This document shows positions 20,652 through 30,685 of a stretch of DNA of 47,841 nt, in pieces. A program made the translations under genes and the position numbers. Each line of letters begins with the position of its first letter. Position 1 is the first letter of the stretch. A model generated the notes under the pieces. That model was not told the origin of the DNA and did no database searches. It was given only the letters and a program-made list of their open reading frames with translations. The DNA comes from Candidatus Woesearchaeota archaeon (lineage in GTDB: Archaea > Nanobdellota > Nanobdellia > Woesearchaeales > GW2011-AR9): the NCBI GenBank assembly GCA_016185725.1, contig JACPNA010000057.1:1-47841 (forward strand). The letters are read 5' to 3'.

Positions 20652-20744
20652 AATAGGATTAGATTATGGTCCTATTTAAAAAAGTAGTTATTAAAAATTT
20701 TAATCCCAAACCTTTAAAAATAGCCCCCCCAAACTGTATCATAA

Positions 20745-21080
20745 ATGATTCCAAATATAGAATCCTTAATCTCCAAACTCTTCCACATTCCTACCCCACA
20801 GTGGAAAAAAGAAGTCAAACCTCTCTGCATTATTGGTGGAGAAGAATGTCGCGTAGAATCATACAAAATAAACTATGATACATTTCATCTTGTTCTTATC
20901 ACACAGTATGGCGGTGTTGCCTCCGGCTCTCTCACGCTTAAAATATATGAAGGGGGGAGCGGCAGAGAATTTATCACTGAAAAAACCTGTCTGAGAAAAG
21001 ACATTCTAGACAAAGTCCAACAACCATCATCCCCTCTGGCAGATTTATACCATCAATTACAGGAACAGAGAATGGAATAA
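20745..21080 (+). CDS. Hypothetical protein
   Basis: 111-aa ORF with AAACCTTTAAAAA promoter-like motif upstream. Confidence 0.55.
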   Translation: MIPNIESLISKLFHIPTPQWKKEVKPLCIIGGEECRVESYKINYDTFHLVLITQYGGVASGSLTLKIYEGGSGREFITEKTCLRKDILDKVQQPSSPLADLYHQLQEQRME

Positions 21081-21083
21081 CCT

Positions 21084-22511
21084 TTACCCACTCAACTTCG
21101 TTCCTCTACTCCCGCTTTCTTCCCATCCCGACGACGTAATTTGTATAAATTCTGCTTTTTCTTGCATTTCCTTGACATTCCTTGCCCCGCAATAACTTAT
21201 CCCGCTCTGTAATCCTTTAACTACACCACGAATAACCTCTTGCACTGGTCCTTTATAATCCACTAAAATAGCCACCCCTTCCACAAACACATCTAATCTT
21301 TCTTTAACCAATTTACCTTCTTTAGACTCTTGTCGTTCATGATTACTATCATAAGAAGCCGAACCCATATATTTCTTGTATCGTTTTCCTTCTTTCATGA
21401 TAATCATTCCGGGAGCTTCATCGGTACCAGCAAATAATGAGCCGGAAAATATACTTGATGCCCCTGTGGCTATCGCCTTGGCTACATCTCCCGGACTTTT
21501 CAATCCCCCATCTGCGCAGACAGGAATATCATACTTTCTCGCCATTTTTACCACATCTATAATTGCCGTTAATTGTGGCACACCAGATCCAGAAATAATC
21601 CTCGTCGTACACACCGGACTTGGTCCTATCCCTACCTTTAATCCATCCGCTCCCGCTTTGATTAAATCTTTAGCCGCCTCGGCAGTCGCAATATTACCTG
21701 CCATCACATCAACTTTAAAATTATGTTTCAGCTCCTTGATTCTTTGAATTGCCAAATCCGCATGACCATGCGCGATATCGAGCACAATCACATCTGCCCC
21801 TGCCTCTACACATGCACGTGCTCTTTCTATTGTATCTTTAACACCCACCGCCGCTCCTACTCTCAATCTTCCTTTTTCATCTCGGGTAGCATTTAGCCAA
21901 AATTCCAATTTCTTAATATCTTGTGTAGTCATTAACCCTTTTAATTTTCCTTTATGTAATAACGGCAGTTTCTCAATTCTATGCTCATGTAAAATCTTTT
22001 TCGCTTCCTCTAATGATAACCCAAATTCTGCGGTAACTAACTTTTCTCTTGGTGTCATCACCTGTGTAATTCTTTTGTGTAAATTCTCTTCGAACAAATA
22101 ATCCCTATGTGTAAAAATCCCTGCTAAATCTTCTCCTTTCATCACCAATAAACTCGTAACTCCTTTATCCTTCATCAATGCAATAGCTTCTCCCATATTT
22201 GCTGTTTCTTGTATCGAACAAGGATTTTCGATAACATAACACGTACTTTTTTTCACTTTAATAATTTCTTCGACTTGTTCTTCAACTGTTCCAAACTGAT
22301 GTATCACTCCCAAGCCGCCTTCTCTTGCCATGGCAATCGCCATTCTATGTTCTGTAACTGTCGCCATATTCGCACTCACTAACGGCGTGTTCAATTTAAT
22401 ATTTTTTGTAAATTTAGATTTGACATCTGCCTCGCTTCTAGAATTCAACGGCGTTCTCTTTGGAACAAGAAGAACATCATTAAACGTCAACCCTAATCGT
22501 ATATCCTTCAT
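21084..22511 (-). CDS. IMPDH/GMP reductase family protein with a CBS pair
   Basis: LTFNDVLLVP, SANMATVT, two CBS repeats, DIAHGH, GIGPSPVCTTR, ADGG, EGV. Confidence 0.9.
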   Translation of the reverse strand: MKDIRLGLTFNDVLLVPKRTPLNSRSEADVKSKFTKNIKLNTPLVSANMATVTEHRMAIAMAREGGLGVIHQFGTVEEQVEEIIKVKKSTCYVIENPCSIQETANMGEAIALMKDKGVTSLLVMKGEDLAGIFTHRDYLFEENLHKRITQVMTPREKLVTAEFGLSLEEAKKILHEHRIEKLPLLHKGKLKGLMTTQDIKKLEFWLNATRDEKGRLRVGAAVGVKDTIERARACVEAGADVIVLDIAHGHADLAIQRIKELKHNFKVDVMAGNIATAEAAKDLIKAGADGLKVGIGPSPVCTTRIISGSGVPQLTAIIDVVKMARKYDIPVCADGGLKSPGDVAKAIATGASSIFSGSLFAGTDEAPGMIIMKEGKRYKKYMGSASYDSNHERQESKEGKLVKERLDVFVEGVAILVDYKGPVQEVIRGVVKGLQSGISYCGARNVKEMQEKAEFIQITSSGWEESGSRGTKLSG

Positions 22512-22849
22512 ATTTTCACCAACAATTCCAACAACATTAATAGTTTAAATACCTTACTACATCCTAACCTATACATTCTACCGCCATAATTTTAAATAAA
22601 TAAAACATCCTTTTGTCAATCTGCCCATTCATAAATATTTTCTTTTTATTTTCTTATTCCTCTTCTCTTTCCTCTTTCTGGTAACTTTCTTAATCCAAAC
22701 TATACCCTCATCAATCTAAGTTTTGATGCCATAACCACTACTAATATTCTCACTATTTTCTCCTTTAGCCGCATTCCTCTCACGTTTTATTACATGTCAA
22801 AATATCAAACCACAATATTATTCTCAATAACACCAATCCAAAACTAAAA

Positions 22850-22993
22850 TATGCTTTTTCCACCAGTGTGTTTCACTGGTGGTACACATCCACTAACACT
22901 TAAAGTGGAAAAAGCATGGTCAGAAAACCGACCCGAGCCCGCAGGCGAGCATGCCACCAGTCTATTGACTGGTGGTGATCAGTTTTCTTTGAC
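22850..22993 (+). mobile_element. Structured non-autonomous element, copy 1 (144 bp)
   Basis: Differs from copies 3 and 5 at 4 positions each; preceded by TAAAA, ends TTGAC; hairpins CCACCAGTG/CACTGGTGG and CCACCAGTC/GACTGGTGG. Confidence 0.9.
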
Positions 22994-23183
22994 TATCTTC
23001 ACATTTATCTCTCCAGTAATTCCAATAACGAAACTCCAGAAGAATTATTTAAAGAAATGAATGAAAAGTTCAGTGGCATCTTAGTATTCGATTGGAATTA
23101 AATGATTCTCTTATTATTCTATATTCATTAAATGTCATTATACCACCACAAACCTTTAAAATAACCATTACTAAAACCAACCC

Positions 23184-24386
23184 ATGACCATTTTCACCTT
23201 AAAATACTCCCCAAAGAACAGCGAACAAATCTTCGGTCAAGACCTTCCTCTTTCCCAGCTTAAAAATTTCATTTTAAATTATAAATCACAAAAACATAAA
23301 GCCGCTTTGTTAGAAGGACCTATTGGCGTAGGTAAAACTTCTTCAGTTTATGCCTTAGCCAAAGAATTAAATTATGATCTTTTAGAATTAAATTCATCAG
23401 ATCTAAGAGACGAAGCTTCTATGAAATCATTTCTTAGCTCTGCACTTGGCCAGCAATCTTTATTTTTTCGTCCTAAATTAATCTTAATTGATGAAGTTGA
23501 CAACATCTCTGGAAGAGAAGATCGTGGTTGTATCCCTGCTTTAATCTCCGAAATCGAATCATCCAAATTTCCCGTAATCTTAACCGCAAACGATACCTCC
23601 GACAGCAAGCTTAAACCCTTGCATAAAGTTTGCTTAGAGATTGAATATCATAAACCACAATATCGTACCATTGCCAATATTTTACAACTGGTTTGCGAAC
23701 AAGAAAAAATATCCTTTGACGAAAAATGCCTTAATACACTCGCAAGACAAGTGGATGGTGATATTCGTGCAGCATTAATTGACTTACAAATCTGCTCTCC
23801 CTGCAATCAACTCAACTACGATTTAATTACCAAAATATCTGATCGTAAACGTACCCAATCAATTCTCAACTCCTTATCTATCATCTTCAAATCCTCTCAA
23901 GCCAGCAATGCTTTACCCGTTCTTGATGATATTGATATGGACATGAATGAAATCTTTTTATGGATGGACGAAAATCTTCCCCAAGAATACCTCTCCGCAA
24001 AATCCTTAGCTAAAGCCTATGAATCTCTTGCTCGCGCTGATGTTTTCAACGGTCGTATTAAGCGTAGACAGCACTGGCGTTTCTTAGTTTACATCAATAA
24101 TCTATTAACCGCCGGTATTTCCGCAGCCAAAGACGAAAAAAATCCTAATTTCATCCAATACAAACCTACAATGCGCATCTTAAAAATTTGGCAGGCTAAC
24201 CTGAAAAATTCCAAGAAAAAAGAAATCGCCAAAAAATTAGCCTTAGCCACGCATACTTCCAAAAAAGTTGCTCTTGAACAAATACCTTACTTCCAATCCA
24301 TCTTTCAGAAATCAAATAATCTATTATTAACTAAAGAACTTAATCTTACCGATGAAGAAGTAGAATGGTTAAGAAAAAAAACATAA
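23184..24386 (+). CDS. rfcL: Replication factor C large subunit
   Basis: KYSPK, GPIGVGKT, ELNSSDLR, IDEVD, GDIRAA, WMDENLP. Confidence 0.93.
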   Translation: MTIFTLKYSPKNSEQIFGQDLPLSQLKNFILNYKSQKHKAALLEGPIGVGKTSSVYALAKELNYDLLELNSSDLRDEASMKSFLSSALGQQSLFFRPKLILIDEVDNISGREDRGCIPALISEIESSKFPVILTANDTSDSKLKPLHKVCLEIEYHKPQYRTIANILQLVCEQEKISFDEKCLNTLARQVDGDIRAALIDLQICSPCNQLNYDLITKISDRKRTQSILNSLSIIFKSSQASNALPVLDDIDMDMNEIFLWMDENLPQEYLSAKSLAKAYESLARADVFNGRIKRRQHWRFLVYINNLLTAGISAAKDEKNPNFIQYKPTMRILKIWQANLKNSKKKEIAKKLALATHTSKKVALEQIPYFQSIFQKSNNLLLTKELNLTDEEVEWLRKKT

Positions 24387-24438
24387 AATAAATTATAACA
24401 CTAATCTTAATAAATAAACCCTATCCTACCCACTCATC

Positions 24439-25452
24439 ATGAATCAAGATACTGCCTCCCTGATACAGCAAGCAAACTCTGTTTATCAGCAACATTTTCC
24501 GAACATAACCAGCTTCGAGCGTGCCGTGTTCTTCAGTTGGGGTTGTACCATTGGCGATTGCGCATTTTGTTATATGAGTACCCAGCCGGCGAGTAAAAAA
24601 CCCACAGAAACAAAACGAAGCTCTGCCTCTATTTTAGCCGAATTTATTCTTTCAAAAAATCTCGGCTGGGATATCGGATTTTTTACAGGAGGCATCGGCG
24701 TCCTTAAACCAGAAGAACTAGAATTTCTCCTTAAAACTATCTGCCAAATAATCCCGCAAAAAATCTGGCTTTCTATAGGTCCGATACCCAAACCACTCCT
24801 GCAACGCTATCAACCCTATATTTGCGGCATCGTTGGTTCAACAGAAACTATCAATCCCGCACTTCATAAAAAAGTCTGCCCATCCAAACCTCTCGCCCCC
24901 TATGAACGAATGTTTAAACATGCCCAAGAACTAAATTTAGAATGTGCCATGACATTTATCGTGGGACTAGGCGAAAATAAAAACGATCTTCCTTTACTTA
25001 TTAACTTTATCAACAAATATACTATTCGCAAAATTCATGTGTACAGTCTAATCCCTGAGAAAGGAACGGCGTTTGAACATGCCCACATTCCCTCTGCAGA
25101 AGAACAAGCCTGGTGGATTGCCCAGCTTCGAATTAATTTTCCGACTCTTAATATTCAATGTGGTATTTGGGAAGATCGCGTCGACCGTATCTCTATTCTC
25201 TTAATGGCAGGAGCAAACTCCCTCTCTAAATTCAAAGCCTTAAAGCTTTTTGGCACACCCATTGCTCAAGAAATCGAACAGCAAGCAATTCTTGCCAACC
25301 GAACATTTCGGGGCACATTAACCAAGATTCCTAGTATAGATTGGGATGCGCAAGTAGATATCCTTGACCTGCCTCCCAGATTAAAATTACAGATTAAACA
25401 GCAGATACAACAATACCTTAATACTATGCAGAAAAATAGCGCTAAAAAATAA
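24439..25452 (+). CDS. Radical SAM protein (biotin synthase-like archaeal group)
   Basis: CTIGDCAFCYM cluster motif, TGG, ETIN...VCPSKP, IVGLGE, PEKGT. Confidence 0.85.
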   Translation: MNQDTASLIQQANSVYQQHFPNITSFERAVFFSWGCTIGDCAFCYMSTQPASKKPTETKRSSASILAEFILSKNLGWDIGFFTGGIGVLKPEELEFLLKTICQIIPQKIWLSIGPIPKPLLQRYQPYICGIVGSTETINPALHKKVCPSKPLAPYERMFKHAQELNLECAMTFIVGLGENKNDLPLLINFINKYTIRKIHVYSLIPEKGTAFEHAHIPSAEEQAWWIAQLRINFPTLNIQCGIWEDRVDRISILLMAGANSLSKFKALKLFGTPIAQEIEQQAILANRTFRGTLTKIPSIDWDAQVDILDLPPRLKLQIKQQIQQYLNTMQKNSAKK

Positions 25453-25476
25453 TTCTTTATTTTCATAAATTATTTT

Positions 25477-26283
25477 TTACTTCTCTTTAATTTTATTATT
25501 CTTAACATCATTCACAATTTTTTCTGTAATTTCTATAACTATACCAAAATTTATTACTCTATTTTCTATCCAGCCTCCACCATACATCCCGCCAGCAATA
25601 AAAAGTAGGTTATACCTCCCAAATCCAACAATTTTCAAATATTGTTCAAAAGATGTATCAAAAATAGAGTAATAAAAAAAAAGACCTAAATATGCTGCAG
25701 CAATTCCGAATAAATCAAACATAGTTGCAAATCCCCTGCACAAAGAAAGGTTACCCTTTTCTTCTTTTGATGAGATAAGTGACCCCCTTCCTAATACATA
25801 CCCAACTGTGAACAATCCTCCTGTTACAATTACCCCAAAAATAGGAACTAAATTTGAAATAATTCTAGTTGTAATAGTAAAATATGAGTTTTCCACCAGT
25901 GGTTGCTCGCAAGCAACTCCGGAACAAAGTGACCGGGTATAGTTCCGCTGGTGGCGTAGCCACAACAATCTTCACTTCGATTAGAAAACTCATGGTTGGA
26001 AAACCACCTCGAGCGAAGCGAGCATGCATGAAATTTGAAAACTATCAAATTTCAGCACTGAAAACAAATATTTTTTTGTTTTCATGTGCCACTAGTGTTG
26101 AGCCCGTAGGCGATCACAAGAAATGTGAGGAACATCACATTTCTGTGCTGAAATGAAATCGATGTTTCATTTCATGCACCAGTGGTGGGCGGTTTTCCTT
26201 GACAATAGAAACAATCCTGCCGAGAACACTATCCCAATAAATCCAAACAATATTGCCCATACCCAGCATTTTATTTTATTCAT
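25477..26283 (-). pseudogene. Membrane protein gene split by element copy 2 (161 aa when rejoined)
   Basis: GGTGA SD plus ATG 26283 gives MNKIKCWVWAILFGFIGIVFSAGLFL; the same frame resumes at 25882 (FTITTRIISNLVPIFGV...) to the stop at 25477. Confidence 0.8.
25883..26203 (+). mobile_element. Structured non-autonomous element, copy 2 (321 bp, two nested 60-bp modules)
   Basis: TAAAA|TATGAGTTTTCC...GAAAACTCATG, then GGAAAACC...GGTTTTCCTTGAC; same two-domain architecture as the 144-bp copies. Confidence 0.88.
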
Positions 26284-26480
26284 TGTTTAATCACCAAACT
26301 AGAATTTACTTTTTCTTCAGCGTAATAATCTGGACGAGTATACGGTAACATTTTGATTATTTTTAGTCTATCATACATATGTTCTAATAATAATAAACTA
26401 GAAGGTATTTTTTATTATATCACTATTAGTTTTTGATTTTCGCCGACTAATCTCTTTCTTATTGACACAGTAGTAATCCA

Positions 26481-27554
26481 TCATATCCGCTCCATCAAAT
26501 ACCCTAACTCTGTTACTCTAATATTATGGGCATTGGTAGTAAATAATAGCCCGTATGTTGGTTTGGCTATTTCAATTTCTCTTCCACAAACTTGAAGATA
26601 ATCTTCACTTTTATCCAATCCATGCTCTAAGAAGCAGAGTGGAAAATCATCCCCCTCATAACATCCTAGCGGACCAAACTCTTGCACAGACGTTTGGTTT
26701 AAATCCTCAATATCAGAGCGGACAAAAAATTTATTTTTTTCTAAATGTGTCTCTTTTTTCACATTATAAAATGAAAAGTTAATTTTATCTTTAATCACCA
26801 TACGCCCAAGTTCTTTATAAAACAGCGGATTTTTATAAGTTTTCTTTTGGTCTTCTTTTTTGTATTGTATACACTGGTTGATCATTTCCTTTCCAGCAGT
26901 AAATGCTTCTAGTGTTCCTGTTTTGCCGCATTCAATCGTAATTGTTTCACAGATGTCAGAGAATCTATCCAGCAACGATCCTGGAAGCGGTCCAGAGTAA
27001 ATAATATGGTCTACTAAATTATGAATTAATATGCTATGGGCATACTTCTCTTGGACAAAAGCCAAGGGTTTATTCTTTCCGGTAGTATTATGAACATCAA
27101 TGATATATTCTGGATTAGTCTGCAAAATAATCTCTGTTAATTCTTCAATTTGCTCTCGCTGAACCATCGGCATATCTTCTCTTCCCTTTTCTCCTGGCTT
27201 AGTCCAGCACCGATTAAAATCAATTTGATCCGGCGCAAATCGTCTGTCAAACATAGGATAATACTCCCGCATCATCGCCCCATATCCATTAACTATAAGA
27301 AAATACAAATCATATCCTAACTCCACATTCTCGGAATATAACTTTTTCCAAGTATCCGCCAACGCGTATAATCCACTCGACTCATTAGCATGCTGTAATG
27401 TTACCACCCATCGCGCCCCCTCAGTTGCATTCTTGGAAGCATATTTCACTACCGTAGGCTTCTGTAATTCCGGCAGTAATTGTATAGCATGAAAGAATTC
27501 AGTAGTAAGCCAATATTCCGGTACTTTTTCATTATAGAGAATATTCTTTGTCAT
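26481..27554 (-). CDS. Succinylglutamate desuccinylase/aspartoacylase-like M14 hydrolase
   Basis: HANE (HxxE), DFNRCW, DVHNTTG, TIECG. Confidence 0.8.
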   Translation of the reverse strand: MTKNILYNEKVPEYWLTTEFFHAIQLLPELQKPTVVKYASKNATEGARWVVTLQHANESSGLYALADTWKKLYSENVELGYDLYFLIVNGYGAMMREYYPMFDRRFAPDQIDFNRCWTKPGEKGREDMPMVQREQIEELTEIILQTNPEYIIDVHNTTGKNKPLAFVQEKYAHSILIHNLVDHIIYSGPLPGSLLDRFSDICETITIECGKTGTLEAFTAGKEMINQCIQYKKEDQKKTYKNPLFYKELGRMVIKDKINFSFYNVKKETHLEKNKFFVRSDIEDLNQTSVQEFGPLGCYEGDDFPLCFLEHGLDKSEDYLQVCGREIEIAKPTYGLLFTTNAHNIRVTELGYLMERI

Positions 27555-27556
27555 TT

Positions 27557-27898
27557 TTAATCTTCTTTTACTAAATCAGAAATGACTTTGCAATCTCCAA
27601 CCAAAGGAGAACGGAAAGAAATTTCTTTTATTTTATCCCCTACAGTAATATTCTTATTCCTAATCTCATACCCACGTAAGCATCCTTCATAGTTTGTAAT
27701 TGTCATCTTCGGCGATTGTTCCGAAACGACCTTCCCTTCATGAACAAAATAAACATCGCATATTCCTATGCTTGTAACGACAACATCTTCAAGAGTCTCT
27801 CTCCACAAACCATTATAGGCAACCCACCCTATAGTCCCAGCGGCAATGCACACAAGTGTTCCCTTTGCGAATTCCAAGGCACATTTTTTATATTCCAT
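27557..27898 (-). CDS. Hypothetical protein with an N-terminal TM segment
   Basis: Part of a co-directional gene run; likely start MEYKK after a purine-rich SD. Confidence 0.6.
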   Translation of the reverse strand: MEYKKCALEFAKGTLVCIAAGTIGWVAYNGLWRETLEDVVVTSIGICDVYFVHEGKVVSEQSPKMTITNYEGCLRGYEIRNKNITVGDKIKEISFRSPLVGDCKVISDLVKED

Positions 27899-27937
27899 AA
27901 TTCTCCCCTCTGTTTTTATAAACAAATACTACAAAAA

Positions 27938-28744
27938 CTAAGCATAACCCCACTTGTTAGATATCATCTCCCCATTAAAATCATTAACAAATCGATGACA
28001 AGGAAAAATTTTAGTTATTTTTGGCTCATTCCTTCTGGTTTCTAATAATATAGAAATTGATTGAGTCTTAATTTTTGTTAGTTGTAAATATATATCTGGT
28101 TCAAATCCAACTTCATATTCGTCACTAAACTTAAATGCAGTTTTTTCTTTTTCAAATTCAATTTGCATTTTGCATTTTTTAACTTTTCTATACGACCCTC
28201 CAATTCCTGGAACATAATCATATTCTTCATCAGTAAATAATCTTAAATACATTTCTCGTATAATAACATTTGTAACAAACCCATACGCTTGTGAGGGTAT
28301 ATCCTTAATATCATCAAAATTATTTTTAGGATAAATTCTAGTTCCTAACAACACTTCTACTGGCGTAGGATTATTTGTAAATTTTCCATCACACAAATAA
28401 AATAAACTATCTTGCGAAGAAGGAATAATTTTTTCCCATTTTTTTGGTTGAGTTAAATAATAATACACTCGACATATTTGCACTAAGTCATAACTATGCG
28501 CCAATGTTCCTACCCCCCCTAATGTTATACCTATTCCCTCTATCCATTGCGTAATGTTTTCTGCATTTTGAATGGCATAAATTAATCCACTAGTTCCCGC
28601 TAACCAAAATGCTGAAGCTAAGGCTTTTTGTTTTAAGATTGTTTTGAGTATTGCTTCCGGATTAGAAGGATATTCCTTTGTTAAAAAAATTAATTCTTTC
28701 TCTGCATCAGTTCTAATCTCCAATATTTGTTCTAATGAGTTCAT
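27938..28744 (-). CDS. Hypothetical membrane protein (2 TM)
   Basis: 268-aa ORF with two hydrophobic segments. Confidence 0.7.
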   Translation of the reverse strand: MNSLEQILEIRTDAEKELIFLTKEYPSNPEAILKTILKQKALASAFWLAGTSGLIYAIQNAENITQWIEGIGITLGGVGTLAHSYDLVQICRVYYYLTQPKKWEKIIPSSQDSLFYLCDGKFTNNPTPVEVLLGTRIYPKNNFDDIKDIPSQAYGFVTNVIIREMYLRLFTDEEYDYVPGIGGSYRKVKKCKMQIEFEKEKTAFKFSDEYEVGFEPDIYLQLTKIKTQSISILLETRRNEPKITKIFPCHRFVNDFNGEMISNKWGYA

Positions 28745-28783
28745 AATGATATTTAAATAAATTTTATCTCGAGGTTTATTTTT

Positions 28784-29296
28784 TCATTTATTTGATTGAC
28801 ATTTTTTGCAAAAATATCTCCAGAGTATATCAGCAACTTCGTTACGCTCTGTATTAATCTCTTTTTGTTCTCCGCTTGTAGTTGTATAGCTAATAAGATA
28901 ACCAAGGCCAGAGCTTATTTTGTTTATATTCAAAATAGTATTAAGATTCAAATCAAAAGTTTTTTGCCATCCTTTTTTTACACAATATTCCCCCTCTTTC
29001 GTAATTTTAGTCATTACACATACTCTATCCCAACACTCTATCTCCGGATTACCATTGCCATATACTCGTGGATGTTCTCTTCTAAAAATGTTCAGTAATG
29101 CTCTTTTAGCCGAATTTTTATTATTAATGATATAGGTCTCTATTGACGATTGGTATGGTTCAGGATCTTCAACATAAAATGAAATCTCCTTAATTGGTTG
29201 TGGTTTATAAGTACAAGAAGTAATTCCTGTGCCTAGTATTCCCACTAAAATTGCCCTCCCAAATCCATTATAAATATTCCATTTTTTTTCGAGCAT
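28784..29296 (-). CDS. Hypothetical lipoprotein-like protein
   Basis: GGAGG before MLEKKW; hydrophobic stretch ending GITSC. Confidence 0.6.
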   Translation of the reverse strand: MLEKKWNIYNGFGRAILVGILGTGITSCTYKPQPIKEISFYVEDPEPYQSSIETYIINNKNSAKRALLNIFRREHPRVYGNGNPEIECWDRVCVMTKITKEGEYCVKKGWQKTFDLNLNTILNINKISSGLGYLISYTTTSGEQKEINTERNEVADILWRYFCKKCQSNK

Positions 29297-29300
29297 GTGG

Positions 29301-29459
29301 TCAGCCTCCGATGATTGTATCATCTTTTGTATAAAACAGCCCACTATCATATTTTTTCGGAGAACTTTCGCAGCTAATCATTGGTGAAAACAGGCTCATC
29401 AATGCACTTAATGTCACAATCTTTCGTTTTAGCATATAATTAATCTTTTCTTCTAGCAT
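29301..29459 (-). CDS. Small lipoprotein-like ORF or gene fragment (52 aa)
   Basis: MLEEKINYMLKRKIVTLSALMSLFSPMISCESSPKKYDSGLFYTKDDTIIGG; ends 4 nt before the next ATG. Confidence 0.45.
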   Translation of the reverse strand: MLEEKINYMLKRKIVTLSALMSLFSPMISCESSPKKYDSGLFYTKDDTIIGG

Positions 29460-29560
29460 AGTTGTTGACCTTCATTTATTATCTCTTACTTCCAAGTATA
29501 TACCAATATATTAAATAAAATAGTAATTTTTTCTACAAAAATGATAAAATTTATATAATA

Positions 29561-30634
29561 ATGACAATTTTAGTAAAAAAAATGCTGCCCAATAAGTTTA
29601 TAGGTCAAATTAAGGAATATCGATATTCTTCAGAAAAAGAGATTAAACTAGACCTCATTGATAGGAAAATTCTTTATCTCATTGAAATTAACGCACGATT
29701 TTCTCCTACTGCTATAAGTAAAATACTTTTAATTTCTCGCGAAACAATTTCCTATCGCATTAAAAAAATGGAAGAGTTGAATCTTCTTCACGGCTATGTA
29801 ACTTTATTCGATCATAAAAAACTTGGGTTTAATAATTACCGTATTTACTTAAAATTTAAAAATATCTTTAACGATAAAGAAATTATTGAGGAGCTCTTTA
29901 AATTATCAGAAATTACTACAATTGTTACCTGTTCTGGAAGTTATGATTTACAATTTGTCATCAGCGTAAAGACTCAAGATGAATTTCTTAAAACATTCGA
30001 TTCTATAATCGGCAAATATTCTCAGAGTATTGAAAGATTTAAAGTTCTTGAAATTTTCCAAGAAGGAATTGTCAGCAGGTGGATGATTCTTTGCGAAGAT
30101 GAAGCAAAAAAGATAAGAGTCATTAAAGAACATAAAGGTTCTACTTTTCAGAAAGAATTTCATCGAGCTTCCTCATATTCTACGCCTATATCTCTTGATG
30201 AAAAAGACCGAAAAATTTTAGAAATCTTAAAACTAGATGCTAAAGCCAGCATTAGTGCTCTTTCTAATAAACTTTCCTTATCTCCACTTAGTATTGAAAA
30301 TCGCATTAAAAAAATGATTTTAGCTGGTATTATCAAATCCTTTTTCCCACAATCTTCTCTAACTCAATTAGGTTATCAATGGTGGCATGTCTTACTTAAA
30401 ATGAAAAATCTTGATGAAAAAAAATTCTTCACGTTTATTGAACATCACCCCAATACCTCTTGGTATATGAAATTTTTAGGGGAATGGGATTACCAATGTA
30501 GTATCTATGCTAAAACCAATGCAGATTTTCATGATATTCTCGAACAAATTAGACATGAATTTGCAGATAATATTATGTATTATGATTCATTTATCATGTT
30601 CAATCAGTTAAAATACAGCCAAAGGGTTCTATGA
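29561..30634 (+). CDS. Tandem Lrp/AsnC family transcriptional regulator
   Basis: Two units (LDLIDRKIL..NAR and LDEKDRKIL..DAK), each an HTH followed by a RAM-like domain. Confidence 0.9.
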   Translation: MTILVKKMLPNKFIGQIKEYRYSSEKEIKLDLIDRKILYLIEINARFSPTAISKILLISRETISYRIKKMEELNLLHGYVTLFDHKKLGFNNYRIYLKFKNIFNDKEIIEELFKLSEITTIVTCSGSYDLQFVISVKTQDEFLKTFDSIIGKYSQSIERFKVLEIFQEGIVSRWMILCEDEAKKIRVIKEHKGSTFQKEFHRASSYSTPISLDEKDRKILEILKLDAKASISALSNKLSLSPLSIENRIKKMILAGIIKSFFPQSSLTQLGYQWWHVLLKMKNLDEKKFFTFIEHHPNTSWYMKFLGEWDYQCSIYAKTNADFHDILEQIRHEFADNIMYYDSFIMFNQLKYSQRVL

Positions 30635-30685
30635 TAGATTAAATTACCAAAAACCTTAATAAATCTCACCATTAATCTACCTAAA

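Noticed and set aside
22850-22993. tRNA, SRP RNA, RNase P RNA or group I/II intron identity for the repeats
   Set aside because: No cloverleaf or T-loop and no recognisable catalytic core motifs; dispersed near-identical copies fit a mobile element better.
22851-23060. ORFs MLFPPVCFTGG... here and at 44159-44347, plus ORFs at 25884-26156, 25848-26048, 40458-40664 and 40489-40683
   Set aside because: They are read through the palindromic elements. Similarity stops at the element boundary and the changes preserve base pairing rather than protein sequence.
22769-23101. A gene interrupted by copy 1
   Set aside because: Removing the element gives an open frame ending ...FSGILVFDWN*, but it has no start codon after the upstream TAG, so it cannot be supported as a gene.
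24538-24575. Non-canonical Cx4Cx2C radical SAM motif as a novelty
   Set aside because: Spacing variants are already known in archaeal biotin-synthase-like radical SAM proteins.
25883-25968. The ORF-track N-terminus (MLWLRHQ...) of 25477..25968
   Set aside because: It lies inside element copy 2; the real start is ATG 26283 with an SD.
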